DNA of 64,000 bases, from positions 32,718 to 96,717 of the forward strand of contig JAHIMR010000072.1 of assembly GCA_018896525.1 (NCBI GenBank), in the 5' to 3' direction. Every line of letters starts with the position of its first letter. Position 1 is the stretch's first letter. Made by a program: the position numbers and the translations under genes. A model generated the notes under the pieces. The model ran no database searches. It was not told the origin of the DNA and saw nothing but the letters and a program-made list of their open reading frames with translations. Shown in pieces: positions 39,360 to 49,870 of this stretch. Source of the stretch: Actinomycetota bacterium. Lineage in GTDB: Bacteria; Actinomycetota; Geothermincolia; Fen-727; Anoxymicrobiaceae.

Positions 39360-41672
39360 ATGAGGATATTGATCACAGAGATGGAGATTGACGGAAAGAA
39401 GATAAAGTTGGAAACGGGCAAGATGGCCAAGCAGGCGGACGGCGCCGTGGTGGTAAGCTGCGAGGGCACCTCGGTGCTGGTAACCGCGGTGGTGAGCGAC
39501 GACGTACGGCCGATCGATTTCCTGCCGCTTACCGTCGATGTGGAGGAGAAACTGTACGCTGCCGGGAAGATACCGGGCAGCTTCTTTAAGAGGGAGGGGC
39601 GTCCAACTGAAACAGCGACGTTGACCTGCCGCCTTATCGACCGGACTATTCGACCTAACTTCGACAAGAGGTTCAGGAATGAAACGCAGGTGGTTCTTAC
39701 CGTTCTTTCCGCAGACCTGGAAAACCCTCCCGACATGCTGGGGATGATAGGCGTCGCGGCGGCGCTGGAAATATCGAACATCCCGTTTCAAGGACCGGTG
39801 GCGGGGGTGAGGGTAGGCCGCGTGGATGACAGGTGGGTGATAGATCCCACATACGAGCAGATTAAACTTTCTTCGTTGAACATGGTGGTAGCCGGCAACA
39901 AGGAAGCGATCTTGATGGTCGAGGCCGGGGCGATGGAAATCCCCGAGTCGCAAATAGTCGAGGCGTTATCCGTGGGGCACGAGGCCATCAAGAAGATAAT
40001 CGGAAAGATAGAGGAGCTGGACGTCGAGGTAAGGCGTCAGAGTGGTGAGAAACCCAAGAGCGAGTTGATTGATGGGATAACCGCCGGCCTGGAGGAGAAG
40101 TATGGCCGGGTGGCATCGAACCTGATTGAGTCATATAAGAGCGGTGACGAAGCCGCGATCGATAAGGGCAGGGAGGCGTTCGAGAAAGTCGCCGCCGAGG
40201 CGGCCGTGGAGTTTGACGACTCCTATCGCAAGGTGGTACTGGTCCTTACACGTGCGGTCGGAGAGAGGGTTTTGTCCGATATGCTTGAGATCGAGATAGT
40301 CCCCGAGGTGAGGGACGAGATGAAGCAGGCGATTCGGAAGGCCTCCGATCCCGAGCTTTCCAAGTACCAAGCGTCTCTTATTCGCAAGGACGCCCGAAAA
40401 TCGCTTGCCGTACCTTTCAGCGAGCGGTTTCCCGGCCAGGAGAGAAGAATCAAGGAGATCATGCAAGGAGTGGAGCGAAAGCTGCTCAGGGAGCTGATTC
40501 TGGACGAAGAGCTCAGGCCCGATGGCAGGAAGCCGTTCCAGATACGCAAGCTCACATGTGAGGTTGGACTGCTTTCAAAGACCCACGGATCCGCGCTGTT
40601 CACCAGGGGGCAGACCCAGGTGCTGTCGATCGCCACGCTCGGCGCCTATGGCGAGAAGCAGATACTGGACGACCTGGGGACTGAGGATTACAAGAGCTTC
40701 TTACACCATTACAACTTTCCGCCGTTCTCCAGCGGCGAAGCCCGCCCGATGAGGGGTCCGAAGAGGAGAGAGATAGGGCACGGGGCGCTGGTGGAGAGGG
40801 CATTGCTGCCGTTGATTCCCGATGCTGAGGAGTTCCCATATACCATAAGGCTTGTGTCAGAGGTGTTGGAGTCTAACGGGTCAACGTCTATGGCCAGCCT
40901 GTGCGCGAGCAGCATGGCATTGATGGATGCGGGTGTTCCACTGAAAAACAAGTCGTCGGTAGGCGGTATAGCGATGGGGTTGATTCTGGAAGGTGACCGG
41001 TCCGCGATATTGAGTGACATACAGGGACTGGAGGACGCGATAGGCGATATGGATTTCAAGGTGGCCGGAACCAGCGCGGGGGTGACCGCTTTGCAGATGG
41101 ACATAAAGTGCCTTGGCCTGTCCCCCCGGATAATGGAAGCGGCGCTGGAGCAGGCGCGACAGGGAAGGTCGTTTATCGTCAAGGCGATGACCGAGGCGAT
41201 AAGTGAGCCCCGTCGGGAGGTTTCTCCCAACGCGCCCAGCATGGTGCAGATTAAGATACCGGTGAAAAAGATCGGGGAAGTCATAGGCCCCGGGGGCAAG
41301 AACATCAGGGGAATGATAGAGCGTTACGAGGTCGATATTGATGTCGAGGACGACGGCCGGGTGTTCGTGTTCGGCAGGAATCGGGAGAACGTCGAGAAAG
41401 CAAGGCGCGATATTGAGTTGATCACCAAGGATCCGGAGGTCGGAGAGAGGTTCAAGGGGAAGGTAGTGAAGATAATGAACTTCGGTGCCTTCGTCCAACT
41501 GGTCCCGGGCAAGGACGGGCTGATACATATCTCCAAGTTGTCCAAGGGAAGGGTGGACCGCGTGGAGGACGTCGTCAACGTGGGCGACATTGTCGAGGTC
41601 GAGATAGAGGCAATTGACAATATGGGACGCATAAACCTCAGGGCGATCGATCTCAACCCGGACGTCAACTAA
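39360..41672 (+). CDS. pnp: Polyribonucleotide nucleotidyltransferase (PNPase)
   Basis: Two RNase PH domains, KH and S1 (GKVVKIMNFGAFVQL). AAGGAGG RBS 14 nt before ATG 39360; the ORF-track start 39327 is upstream of the RBS. Confidence 0.95.
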   Translation: MRILITEMEIDGKKIKLETGKMAKQADGAVVVSCEGTSVLVTAVVSDDVRPIDFLPLTVDVEEKLYAAGKIPGSFFKREGRPTETATLTCRLIDRTIRPNFDKRFRNETQVVLTVLSADLENPPDMLGMIGVAAALEISNIPFQGPVAGVRVGRVDDRWVIDPTYEQIKLSSLNMVVAGNKEAILMVEAGAMEIPESQIVEALSVGHEAIKKIIGKIEELDVEVRRQSGEKPKSELIDGITAGLEEKYGRVASNLIESYKSGDEAAIDKGREAFEKVAAEAAVEFDDSYRKVVLVLTRAVGERVLSDMLEIEIVPEVRDEMKQAIRKASDPELSKYQASLIRKDARKSLAVPFSERFPGQERRIKEIMQGVERKLLRELILDEELRPDGRKPFQIRKLTCEVGLLSKTHGSALFTRGQTQVLSIATLGAYGEKQILDDLGTEDYKSFLHHYNFPPFSSGEARPMRGPKRREIGHGALVERALLPLIPDAEEFPYTIRLVSEVLESNGSTSMASLCASSMALMDAGVPLKNKSSVGGIAMGLILEGDRSAILSDIQGLEDAIGDMDFKVAGTSAGVTALQMDIKCLGLSPRIMEAALEQARQGRSFIVKAMTEAISEPRREVSPNAPSMVQIKIPVKKIGEVIGPGGKNIRGMIERYEVDIDVEDDGRVFVFGRNRENVEKARRDIELITKDPEVGERFKGKVVKIMNFGAFVQLVPGKDGLIHISKLSKGRVDRVEDVVNVGDIVEVEIEAIDNMGRINLRAIDLNPDVN

Positions 41673-41690
41673 TCCAACCAATATTCATAT

Positions 41691-42959
41691 ATGCGGGAGA
41701 TTGGATTAAAGAAGACGGAGCTGGACTCGAAGGTGCGCGTTCTGACCGAGCGCGTGCCGGGGGTCCGGTCGGTTTCGCTGGGAATATGGGTCAATAACGG
41801 CTCCAGGGATGAGAGCAAGAGGCAGTATGGGCTCTCTCATTTCCTGGAGCATATGCTTTTCAAGGGGACAAGCAGGATAAGGGCCCGGGGCATCGCGGAG
41901 GCGTTTGACAACATGGGGGCCGATATCAACGCCTTCACCGGGCGGGAGGGCACCGCGGTGCATACGCAGGCCCTGGACGAGTTCATTCCCCGGGCAATGG
42001 AGATCCTGGGCGACATGATTCAGCATCCCCTGCTGGATTCTGACGATCTAGACTCCGAGCGGCAGGTGGTGCTCGAAGAGATCAACATGCACGCTGATTC
42101 CCCCGACGAGATGGTCCATGACTTCCTTGACGACGTGTTATGGGGGGACCACCCCATCGGACACAGCGTGCTTGGTGACGTCGATGTCATAAAGGAGGTT
42201 GGACCGGCGTCGATGTCAGATTTTCACAGGGAGCGGTATGTAGGATCGAGGATAGTCGTGGCGGTGGTGGGGGCTGTGGACCACCAGATGATTTGCGAAC
42301 TGGTCCTGGGGCATATGGATGGGCTTGACCGGGGGGAGCCGATGGTCAGGGACAAGTCGGTTTCAGTTTCGTCTGCCGGCCGGAAGATTACCTGGAAGGA
42401 AACTGAACAGGCCCACATAGCTATCGGGTCCAGGGGCCTTTCGAGGAGGCACCCCGACCGGTTCACGCTGGCGGTGATGGACAGTATAATCGGTGGCAGC
42501 ATGAGTTCAAGGTTGTTCCAGAGGATCAGGGAGGAGAGGGGGCTTGCGTACTCCATCTACTCCTACAGCGGGTTGTTCCTGGGGATGGGCATGGTAGGGA
42601 TTTACTGTGGTACCCAACCGGAGCAGGCGCAGGACGTCATACGGCTGATTGAGGATGAGCTGGTCAAGGTCCGTGACAATGGCTTTACCGGTGAGGAGTT
42701 AGAGCGGGCCGGGAAGCACATAAGGGGTTCCCTGACGATAAGCATGGAGTACTCCGCCAGCAGGATGAACAGGATGGGCAGGATAGAGCTTGCCGACGGG
42801 GAGCACCTGACGGTCGACCAGACAATCGAGCGGATAAAAGCAGTTACCCTGGATGACCTGCACAGGGTTTTCCAGGAAACCTGGGGGGCCGCAGGGGCCA
42901 GCCTGGCGGTAGTAGGTCCGTTCGCCGACGATGAACTCAGCATGTCGGGCAGAATATAA
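41691..42959 (+). CDS. M16-family zinc peptidase (pitrilysin-like, PepR-type)
   Basis: Inverted zinc-binding motif HFLEHMLFKGT and conserved N/C M16 domains; its position after pnp matches actinobacterial pepR. Confidence 0.88.
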   Translation: MREIGLKKTELDSKVRVLTERVPGVRSVSLGIWVNNGSRDESKRQYGLSHFLEHMLFKGTSRIRARGIAEAFDNMGADINAFTGREGTAVHTQALDEFIPRAMEILGDMIQHPLLDSDDLDSERQVVLEEINMHADSPDEMVHDFLDDVLWGDHPIGHSVLGDVDVIKEVGPASMSDFHRERYVGSRIVVAVVGAVDHQMICELVLGHMDGLDRGEPMVRDKSVSVSSAGRKITWKETEQAHIAIGSRGLSRRHPDRFTLAVMDSIIGGSMSSRLFQRIREERGLAYSIYSYSGLFLGMGMVGIYCGTQPEQAQDVIRLIEDELVKVRDNGFTGEELERAGKHIRGSLTISMEYSASRMNRMGRIELADGEHLTVDQTIERIKAVTLDDLHRVFQETWGAAGASLAVVGPFADDELSMSGRI

Positions 42960-42972
42960 CCTGGAGGTTCAC

Positions 42973-43740
42973 ATGATAAGAGTCGTGGTTGCCGGCGCAC
43001 TGGGAAAGATGGGTATCCCGGTCTGCGGGGCGGTGGTCGCCGACCCCGAGTTGCGCCTCACGGGCGCGGTGGATGCCTCCGCCGTGGGAGCCGGGGTGCA
43101 CGGCCTGGAGGTGCTGGAGGGCATTGACCTCCTGGAGGCCGATTCAGTCGATGTACTGGTGGATTTCACCAATGCCGAAGCGGCTGTTGCCAATATCACC
43201 TGGGCCCTGGACAACGGTGTTCACGCCGTCGTGGGTACCACCGGGATGAGCGTGGATGAGTTGGGGGAGATCGCCGCCCGGTCCGATTCCGGTGACTCCA
43301 ACGTGATCGTGGTACCCAACTTCGCTCTGGGGGCGGTACTGATGATGAAGTTCGCCGAGATGGCGGCGAAGGTCTTCGATGAGTGCGAGATCATCGAACT
43401 GCACCACCGTGGAAAGCTGGACGCGCCCAGCGGCACCGCGATAGCGACCGCGATGAGGGTTGCCGAGGTAATGAAGGATACACCTGTGCCGACTGTGCAT
43501 GAAAAGGGCGTCCAGGGCGCTCGCGGCGGTGGAATCGGCCCGGTGAACATCCACAGCGTGCGCCTGGATGGACTGGTCGCCCACCAGGAGGTACTGTTCG
43601 GCTCACAGGGGCAAACGCTCTCGATAAGGCACGACACCACCGACCGTTCGTGCTTCATGCCGGGCGTGGTCATGGCGATAAAAGCGGTCGGCTCACTCCC
43701 CGGCCTCACCGTAGGCCTGGAAGAAGCACTCTCCATATAA
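42973..43740 (+). CDS. dapB: 4-hydroxy-tetrahydrodipicolinate reductase
   Basis: MIRVVVAGALGKMG NAD(P)-binding motif and the EIIELHHRGKLDAPSGTA catalytic region. GGAGG RBS before ATG 42973. Confidence 0.92.
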   Translation: MIRVVVAGALGKMGIPVCGAVVADPELRLTGAVDASAVGAGVHGLEVLEGIDLLEADSVDVLVDFTNAEAAVANITWALDNGVHAVVGTTGMSVDELGEIAARSDSGDSNVIVVPNFALGAVLMMKFAEMAAKVFDECEIIELHHRGKLDAPSGTAIATAMRVAEVMKDTPVPTVHEKGVQGARGGGIGPVNIHSVRLDGLVAHQEVLFGSQGQTLSIRHDTTDRSCFMPGVVMAIKAVGSLPGLTVGLEEALSI

Positions 43741-43741
43741 A

Positions 43742-43776
43742 AATGACGCACTGGTGCCTGTCACCAGTGCGTCATT
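43742..43776. repeat. Palindromic family element (AATGACGCACTGGTGCC-TGT-CACCAGTGCGTCATT) immediately after the dapB stop
   Basis: Near-perfect inverted arms read directly, starting 2 nt after the dapB TAA. Confidence 0.8.
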
Positions 43777-44117
43777 CTCGCCCCTGGGCTGTTGCATAGT
43801 GTTTCCCTTGTAGCGCCGGCATCTTGCCGGCATCGGTTCCGCCGCTTGCTTGGAGAGGGAAGGGTCCCGCCCCTGGGCATATGCATTGTGGGGCATGGAT
43901 TCAAGCAAAGTTTTGAACGTCACATGCCCGAGGATAGCGTACCTTGTCTGACAGCCGCTTGTGTAACGTGGGGGGTCAGGCCTTCTGGCCGTAACGTTTA
44001 CTATCGGCCATCGCTTAAAGGCACAGACCCCACAAGTTAGCGATGATCGTGAAGGAGCGGATTTCTTAGGCAAGAATACTAATAATGAGTACTTTTATCG
44101 CCAGTTGAAAGGACACA

Positions 44118-46328
44118 GTGGCTAAAAGCGGAAAGAAGGGCAAGGCCGGGGGCACGAGGAAGAAAGCCGGCGGAAAGAAAGAGAAAGCGTCCAGCGGCAA
44201 GGAGAAGAAAAAGGGCGATAGGGAGGAGGCCGGAAGGCGGCTGACACCCGGCCGTATCAGGGCTATATATGGGGTATCGTTTGCCGCGCTGGCGGTGTTC
44301 ACGTTCCTGTGCGTGTTCGCGTCCGCAAGCGCGGGGATAGTAGGCGGCGGCGTACGTGACGCTATGGCGTGGACGCTGGGCCTGGGGAGGTACGTGGTTC
44401 CGTTCGCCTTTCTCGCGGGCGCGGTGATGGCCTTCAAGAAGCCGGAGGTGCGGGTGTGGTTGCTGGCGGTGGGAACGGCGATCATGTTCGTGTCGGTGCT
44501 GGCGCTGCTGCATATAACTACCGACCCGTCGGTCATGTTCGAGAGTAATGAACTGATGAGCGGAGGCGGGGTTGTCGGCGCGGTGATCGCCTGGCCGCTG
44601 GTTAACCTCGTGGGGACGATAGGCGCCTACATATTCGTAGTGGCGGCCCTGATTTCGGGCATCGTGATTGCCTTCGAGGAGCAGATATCGGCGGGATGGC
44701 GGTCGCTTGTTAAGAAGAGGGCAGGGGAGACGGAACAGGCCGCTCCCGAGAAAACAGTACAGGGCCCAAAGCCCGCCGCCGAACGGCGGAAAGGCAAGTC
44801 GCAGGACGTCAAGGTGTACCCGTCAAAGCCGATTCCGACCAGGGAATTACAAGAGGAACCCAGCGGTCAACTGCCGATGAAGATCGCGAAGCCGAAGTCC
44901 GGAAAGTACAAGTTGCCACCGATATCGATTCTGACAAAGGGCCACGACAAAGCATTTTCCAAGCAGAGCAACGAGGAGAGAAAGAAAGCCATCGAGCACA
45001 CGTTGCAAAGCATGGGCGTCGACGCCAGGGTAGTGAAGGTTTCCAAGGGCCCCACCGTATCACTGTTCGAGGTGGAGGTGGGAACCGGCGAGAAGGTAAA
45101 GAGGGTCACCGAGTTGGAGCAGGACATCGCCTACGCGCTTGGCTCCCCGGACATCCGGATATACTCTCCAATACCGGGCCGGCAGGCGATAGGCATAGAG
45201 GTCCCTAACAACATGAGGGACACGGTGTTACTGGGTGATGTCATGCAGACCCTTGAGCCGGTGAAGCCACATAACCAGTTGACGATGGCGGTGGGTAGGG
45301 GCATGTCCGGAGAACTGGTGGTCCTGGACCTGGCCCAGCTTCCGCACCTGATGCTGGCTGGTTCGACCGGGGCCGGGAAATCGTGCTGCATAAACAGCCT
45401 GATCTGCTGCCTTCTGTTCAGGAACCGCCCCGACGAGGTCAAGCTGATAATGATTGATCCCAAGTTTGTGGAGTTCACCTGGTATGACGGGCTCCCACAC
45501 CTCCTGTGCGACGTCATCAACGAGCCTGAGTTCGCCGCCAAGGCGCTTCTCTGGGCGGTGAACGAGATGGACAGGCGTTACCGGTTACTGCAAAAGCAGA
45601 AGGTCGTGCATATCGACGATTACAACGCCATCGCGATAAAGGACGATGAGCTGGAGAAGCTTCCCAAGATCGTGATAGTAATCGACGAGTTGGGAGATCT
45701 CATGATAGTGGCCCGCAGGGAGGTCGAGAGCTCCATAAGCCGGCTGACCGCCAAGGCGCGGGCTGTGGGTATACACATGATTATAGCCACCCAGAGGCCA
45801 TCCGTGGACGTGATAACCGGCGTTATCAAGAATAACATCACCGCCAGGATAGCCTTTCAGGTTGCAAGCAACGTGGATTCCAGGACAATACTTGGAACCA
45901 AGGGCGCGGAGAAGCTGCTGGGCAAGGGGGACATGCTTCTGGATCCGGGGAACATCCCGCAACCGGAGCGAGTGCAGGGGGCCCTGGTACAGCAGAAAGA
46001 GATCGAGTTCCTGACGGGGTATATCAAGCAGCAGAAGGCCGGCGATGGAGTGTCAATAGATCTGGACGGGGTCAAGATATCCACCAGGGACAAGTTAGAG
46101 GACAGGGACCCCCTGCTGGACGAGGCCGCCGAGTTTGTGGTGCTGGCCGGCGAGGCCTCCGCCTCGATGTTGCAGACTACTCTAAAGGTAGGGTACGCGC
46201 GGGCCCGACGGATTATTGTGGAGATGTCGGAACTGGGCATAGTTGGCCCGCACCAGGGAAGCAAGCCCAGGAAGGTGCTTCTTACACCCGAGGAGTTCCG
46301 GGAGTGGAAATCCAGGTCCAACGACTGA
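44118..46328 (+). CDS. ftsK: DNA translocase FtsK/SpoIIIE
   Basis: Lys-rich N-terminus, four TM helices, linker, then the motor domain (LAGSTGAGKSCCINSLI Walker A) and a C-terminal gamma wHTH. Confidence 0.93.
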   Translation: MAKSGKKGKAGGTRKKAGGKKEKASSGKEKKKGDREEAGRRLTPGRIRAIYGVSFAALAVFTFLCVFASASAGIVGGGVRDAMAWTLGLGRYVVPFAFLAGAVMAFKKPEVRVWLLAVGTAIMFVSVLALLHITTDPSVMFESNELMSGGGVVGAVIAWPLVNLVGTIGAYIFVVAALISGIVIAFEEQISAGWRSLVKKRAGETEQAAPEKTVQGPKPAAERRKGKSQDVKVYPSKPIPTRELQEEPSGQLPMKIAKPKSGKYKLPPISILTKGHDKAFSKQSNEERKKAIEHTLQSMGVDARVVKVSKGPTVSLFEVEVGTGEKVKRVTELEQDIAYALGSPDIRIYSPIPGRQAIGIEVPNNMRDTVLLGDVMQTLEPVKPHNQLTMAVGRGMSGELVVLDLAQLPHLMLAGSTGAGKSCCINSLICCLLFRNRPDEVKLIMIDPKFVEFTWYDGLPHLLCDVINEPEFAAKALLWAVNEMDRRYRLLQKQKVVHIDDYNAIAIKDDELEKLPKIVIVIDELGDLMIVARREVESSISRLTAKARAVGIHMIIATQRPSVDVITGVIKNNITARIAFQVASNVDSRTILGTKGAEKLLGKGDMLLDPGNIPQPERVQGALVQQKEIEFLTGYIKQQKAGDGVSIDLDGVKISTRDKLEDRDPLLDEAAEFVVLAGEASASMLQTTLKVGYARARRIIVEMSELGIVGPHQGSKPRKVLLTPEEFREWKSRSND

Positions 46329-46446
46329 TTCAGAGACCGGGTCGTGTTGCACTTTTACCTGCGTATTGATAACCTTGTTTTCGGCGAATTGGGCTGTGGC
46401 AACCCGGGGGTATTATCTGGATGGAATGTGATATGGGAGGCTTGAA

Positions 46447-46680
46447 TTGGCCAATCCTCTGGCCCAGCGGGTGGAGAAAGCGTTGTCCTCCGCGGTAGGT
46501 GAGTTCATAGCGAAGGCTACGGTAAAGAAAAACTGCGAGATAATCGGAACAACACCGGATGATCTGATCGCGGCGCAGTTACCGGAGTTGGCGGTACATA
46601 TCGAGAAATCGGTTTCATTTTTCTCCGGGAAAGAGACTGGAGTCGAGGTCGCGGAGAAGATACGAGGCCTCGGTGGATAA
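46447..46680 (+). CDS. Small hypothetical protein (77 aa, predicted helical)
   Basis: ORF with a GGGAGG RBS, lying between ftsK and the MCP gene; no recognisable motif. Confidence 0.35.
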   Translation: MANPLAQRVEKALSSAVGEFIAKATVKKNCEIIGTTPDDLIAAQLPELAVHIEKSVSFFSGKETGVEVAEKIRGLGG

Positions 46681-46701
46681 CAGTCCAAGGATGGTCCCAT
46701 C

Positions 46702-47988
46702 TTGAAACGCGGCGTGAGCATCAAGGCGAAAACATGGTTGTATTCGGGGGTTTGCGGTATCACGGTACTGGCCGTAGTGCTCCTGCTGCTACTGCTGCTC
46801 ACCGATCTGTCCGTTCGAATGGTTCTACTGATAACAGGGCTGGTCGGCCTGGTGGAGTTCGCTGGGTTAATCGTGTTAGCCTGGGCAACCCTGTATGCCA
46901 TGAAGCGATCGCTGGACCCGGTGATCGAGTTCTGCCATGCCGTCGCCGAGGGTGACCTGACGGGGCATCTCGACACGGAATCATCGGGCATGATAGGCAG
47001 ACTCGCGGAAGCGCAGAACGCGATGGCGGATGGACTGAAGCGAATAATAGAGCAGCTGCACGACTCATCAGCCAGGGCAAGTTCAACCGCCGAGGAACTG
47101 GCGGCGTCTTCCGAAGAGGTGATGGCCTCCACCCAGGAGGTTTCGTCAACCGTAGAGCAGATATCAAAGGGCGCCGAATCCCAGGCGCGTGCGGTTGAGG
47201 AAACCTCTGAAGTGGTGAACGAGATCGCCAGGATGGCAAGCAGCGTGGAGGAGCAGGCAAGGGCGTCGTCTGAGACCGCGCGGGAAGCGAACGAAATCGC
47301 CCGCGCCGGTTCAAGGAACGCGGAGGAAGCCGCGACTAAGATGCATGAGATGCAACACGCCATGGACGATGTGACAGGCATCATGCGGGGGTTGGGGGAA
47401 AGGTCCATGCAGATAGGACTTATCGTTGATGTCATTACCAACATCTCGGAGCAGACCAACATGCTGGCGTTGAACGCTGCGATAGAGGCGAGCCGCGCCG
47501 GCGAGCACGGCAGGGGCTTCGCGGTGGTGGCCGAGGAAGTGCGAAGCCTTGCGGAGGGAAGCCGAAAGGCCGCGGATCAGATAGCGAAGATGGTCCGCGA
47601 CACCGAGAACGAGACGTCAAAGGCACTCGAGGCGATGGAGAAATCCAAGGGAATCGTGGGAAGCTCCACTGAGGTTATCCAATCCACCCTGGACGCGCTG
47701 ACTAACGTGGCCGATATAGTTGAGGACATCGCCGATGGTTCCGAGTCGGTCTACAAGGCGACGGAGGCACAGAGAGAGGGCTCGGAGAGGGTGGTAAAGG
47801 CGTCGCACGACATCGCGGCTATCGCCGAGGAGGCGGCGGCGGGAACCGAGGAGGCATCGGCCGCGGCGAACGAGCAGACCGCTTCCATGCAGGAGGTACG
47901 GGCATCAATTCAGGAACTGGCCCGGATCTCGGATGAGATGAGGAGGCTTGTCGACGACTTCAAGATAACAGACGAAGAGCAGGGATAG
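46702..47988 (+). CDS. Methyl-accepting chemotaxis protein (two TM helices, minimal periplasmic loop, HAMP plus MA domain)
   Basis: Highly conserved MCP signalling-domain core ([36 protein letters not shown]) and methylation heptads. No che genes in the window. Confidence 0.88.
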   Translation: MKRGVSIKAKTWLYSGVCGITVLAVVLLLLLLLTDLSVRMVLLITGLVGLVEFAGLIVLAWATLYAMKRSLDPVIEFCHAVAEGDLTGHLDTESSGMIGRLAEAQNAMADGLKRIIEQLHDSSARASSTAEELAASSEEVMASTQEVSSTVEQISKGAESQARAVEETSEVVNEIARMASSVEEQARASSETAREANEIARAGSRNAEEAATKMHEMQHAMDDVTGIMRGLGERSMQIGLIVDVITNISEQTNMLALNAAIEASRAGEHGRGFAVVAEEVRSLAEGSRKAADQIAKMVRDTENETSKALEAMEKSKGIVGSSTEVIQSTLDALTNVADIVEDIADGSESVYKATEAQREGSERVVKASHDIAAIAEEAAAGTEEASAAANEQTASMQEVRASIQELARISDEMRRLVDDFKITDEEQG

Positions 47989-47990
47989 GC

Positions 47991-48485
47991 ATGGCCTCTC
48001 AGACAAATTCGTTCGATATAGTAAGCAAGGTGAACAGGCCGGAACTCGAAAACGCCTTGAACCAGGCACGCAGGGAGATAGACAACAGGTTTGATTTCAA
48101 GGGGACCGGGTCACGCATTGAGAGCGGCGAGGAAGGGCTGACCGTTTTTTCCTCGGATGAGTACCACTTAAAGGCGATGATCGAGGTCATGGAAACGCGC
48201 CTGACCAGGCGCAAGGTGCCACTGAAGGCGTTATCCTGGAAGGCGACAGCCGACGGGCCCAAAGGGACCGTAAAGCGGGAGGCGGCCGTACTGGAGGGGA
48301 TTGACGCCGACAAGGCGCGGGAGATAACCAAGTTAGTCAAGGGCCTCCACAAGAAGATGAACGTCGTGGTCCAGAAGGAACAGGTGCGCGTCAGCAGCAA
48401 GAGCAAGGACCTTCTCCAGGAAGCGATGAAAGCGGTGCGTGAGCACGATTTCGGGATTCCACTCCAATTCACCAACTACCGATAA
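47991..48485 (+). CDS. yajQ: YajQ family nucleotide-binding protein (UPF0234)
   Basis: MASQTNSFDIVSKVNRPELENALNQARREIDNRFDFKG matches the YajQ N-terminus. Confidence 0.88.
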   Translation: MASQTNSFDIVSKVNRPELENALNQARREIDNRFDFKGTGSRIESGEEGLTVFSSDEYHLKAMIEVMETRLTRRKVPLKALSWKATADGPKGTVKREAAVLEGIDADKAREITKLVKGLHKKMNVVVQKEQVRVSSKSKDLLQEAMKAVREHDFGIPLQFTNYR

Positions 48486-49848
48486 GGATGCCCGCACTCC
48501 CCCCGCCGGGAAACCAGGACCCTACCTGCTGGTAACACTGGGCTGCTTTAGAAACGAGGCGGACTCAGACGCTATCAGGAGCGAGCTGGGGGATATGGGC
48601 CTGGAGGAAACAGACAGCGTGGAGTCCGCGGGCATTATCGTGGTTAACACCTGTGGGTTCATAGCCGACGCCTGCGCCGAGGGGATAGACACAATCCTGG
48701 AGCTCGACCGGATTATCTCCGACCTGTCGCCACGCCCACCCATCCTGCTGGTTGGTTGCATGGGACAGAGGTACGGGGCCGCGCTCCTGGAGCAGTTGCC
48801 GGAGGTGTCCGGTGTGCTGGGGGTAGACTGGTCCGGGAGCCTGGAGAAAGTGGTGACCGCGCTGGTCGGCGGTAGGCGGCTGTCGGCGGTGAGGGGACCC
48901 GGGATGGCCTCGCTGACGAGGACGGTGGATTCCCGGGGTGGAGCCACGATGCTGGTACGGGTTGCTGACGGGTGCGATCGCGGTTGCCGTTTCTGTGCCA
49001 TCCCCTCGATCAAGGGTGGTCTCGTAAGCAGACCTCCCGAGGACATCTGCCGGGAGATAGAGCGGCTGTCCGGGGGGAGGGAAAGGGAGGTGTTACTGCT
49101 GGCGCAGGACCTTACCTCGTATGGCACCGACCTGCCGGGCGATACCGATCTCACCTCGCTCGTCAGAAGTGTGTCCGAGCTGGAGTGGGTTCGGTGGTTG
49201 CGACTGCTCTACCTTGAGCCCGAAGGGGTAACTGAAGAGCTGATCCGTGAGATGACCGGAAACCCCACCGTTTGCGATTACTTCGATATCCCGTTCCAGC
49301 ACGCCAGTTCAGTGATCTTGAAGGGTATGGGAAGGCCCGGTAACGCGTCAAGGTATCGGGAGCTCGTGTCGTCGATAAGGAGAAGGTCCCCCCGGGCGTC
49401 CATTCGATCGACCGTGATGGTCGGGTACCCCGGAGAGACCGAGGAGGATTTTCGGCAACTGGTGAGGTTTGTCGAGGACGTCAGGTTTGACTGGCTTGGG
49501 GCGTTCCTGTTTTCCCCCGAGGAGGGCACCCCCGCCGCGGAATTGCCCGGGGCGGTAGGGCGTGACGTCGCGGTTTCACGTTATAATACAGTTCTGTCTA
49601 TCCAGGACTCTATCGAGGAATCGGGATCAGAAAGAAATGTCGGCCGGGAGCTCGAGGTCGTGGTGGAATCCCCCGATGAGCTCGAGAGTTACGACTTCAT
49701 TGGGCGTTCATACCGTGAGGCGCCGGTCGTCGATGGAGTGATACACCTGCGGCGCTCGGGAAGCGATAGCGGGAAGGCGCAAGCCGGCGATTTCCTGGTG
49801 GCTAAGATAATGGGGCGGGAGGGGCTCGACCTTGTCGGAGAGATCTAA
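48439..49848 (+). CDS. rimO: Ribosomal protein S12 methylthiotransferase RimO (radical SAM MTTase with TRAM domain)
   Basis: MTTase N-domain cysteines (TLGCFRNEADSD, NTCGFI, GCMGQR), radical-SAM CDRGCRFC, and C-terminal TRAM. The start is uncertain: GTG 48439 overlaps the yajQ end, and no good in-frame ATG lies nearer the conserved N-terminus. Confidence 0.85.
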   Translation: MSTISGFHSNSPTTDKDARTPPAGKPGPYLLVTLGCFRNEADSDAIRSELGDMGLEETDSVESAGIIVVNTCGFIADACAEGIDTILELDRIISDLSPRPPILLVGCMGQRYGAALLEQLPEVSGVLGVDWSGSLEKVVTALVGGRRLSAVRGPGMASLTRTVDSRGGATMLVRVADGCDRGCRFCAIPSIKGGLVSRPPEDICREIERLSGGREREVLLLAQDLTSYGTDLPGDTDLTSLVRSVSELEWVRWLRLLYLEPEGVTEELIREMTGNPTVCDYFDIPFQHASSVILKGMGRPGNASRYRELVSSIRRRSPRASIRSTVMVGYPGETEEDFRQLVRFVEDVRFDWLGAFLFSPEEGTPAAELPGAVGRDVAVSRYNTVLSIQDSIEESGSERNVGRELEVVVESPDELESYDFIGRSYREAPVVDGVIHLRRSGSDSGKAQAGDFLVAKIMGREGLDLVGEI

Positions 49849-49870
49849 CAGTTTTGCGGGCATAAGGCGG

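Noticed and set aside
43792-44040. 82-aa ORF in the dapB-ftsK intergenic region
   Set aside because: It has no RBS and an Arg/Cys/Pro-rich composition, and it overlaps hairpins and direct repeats. This is more likely non-coding regulatory sequence.
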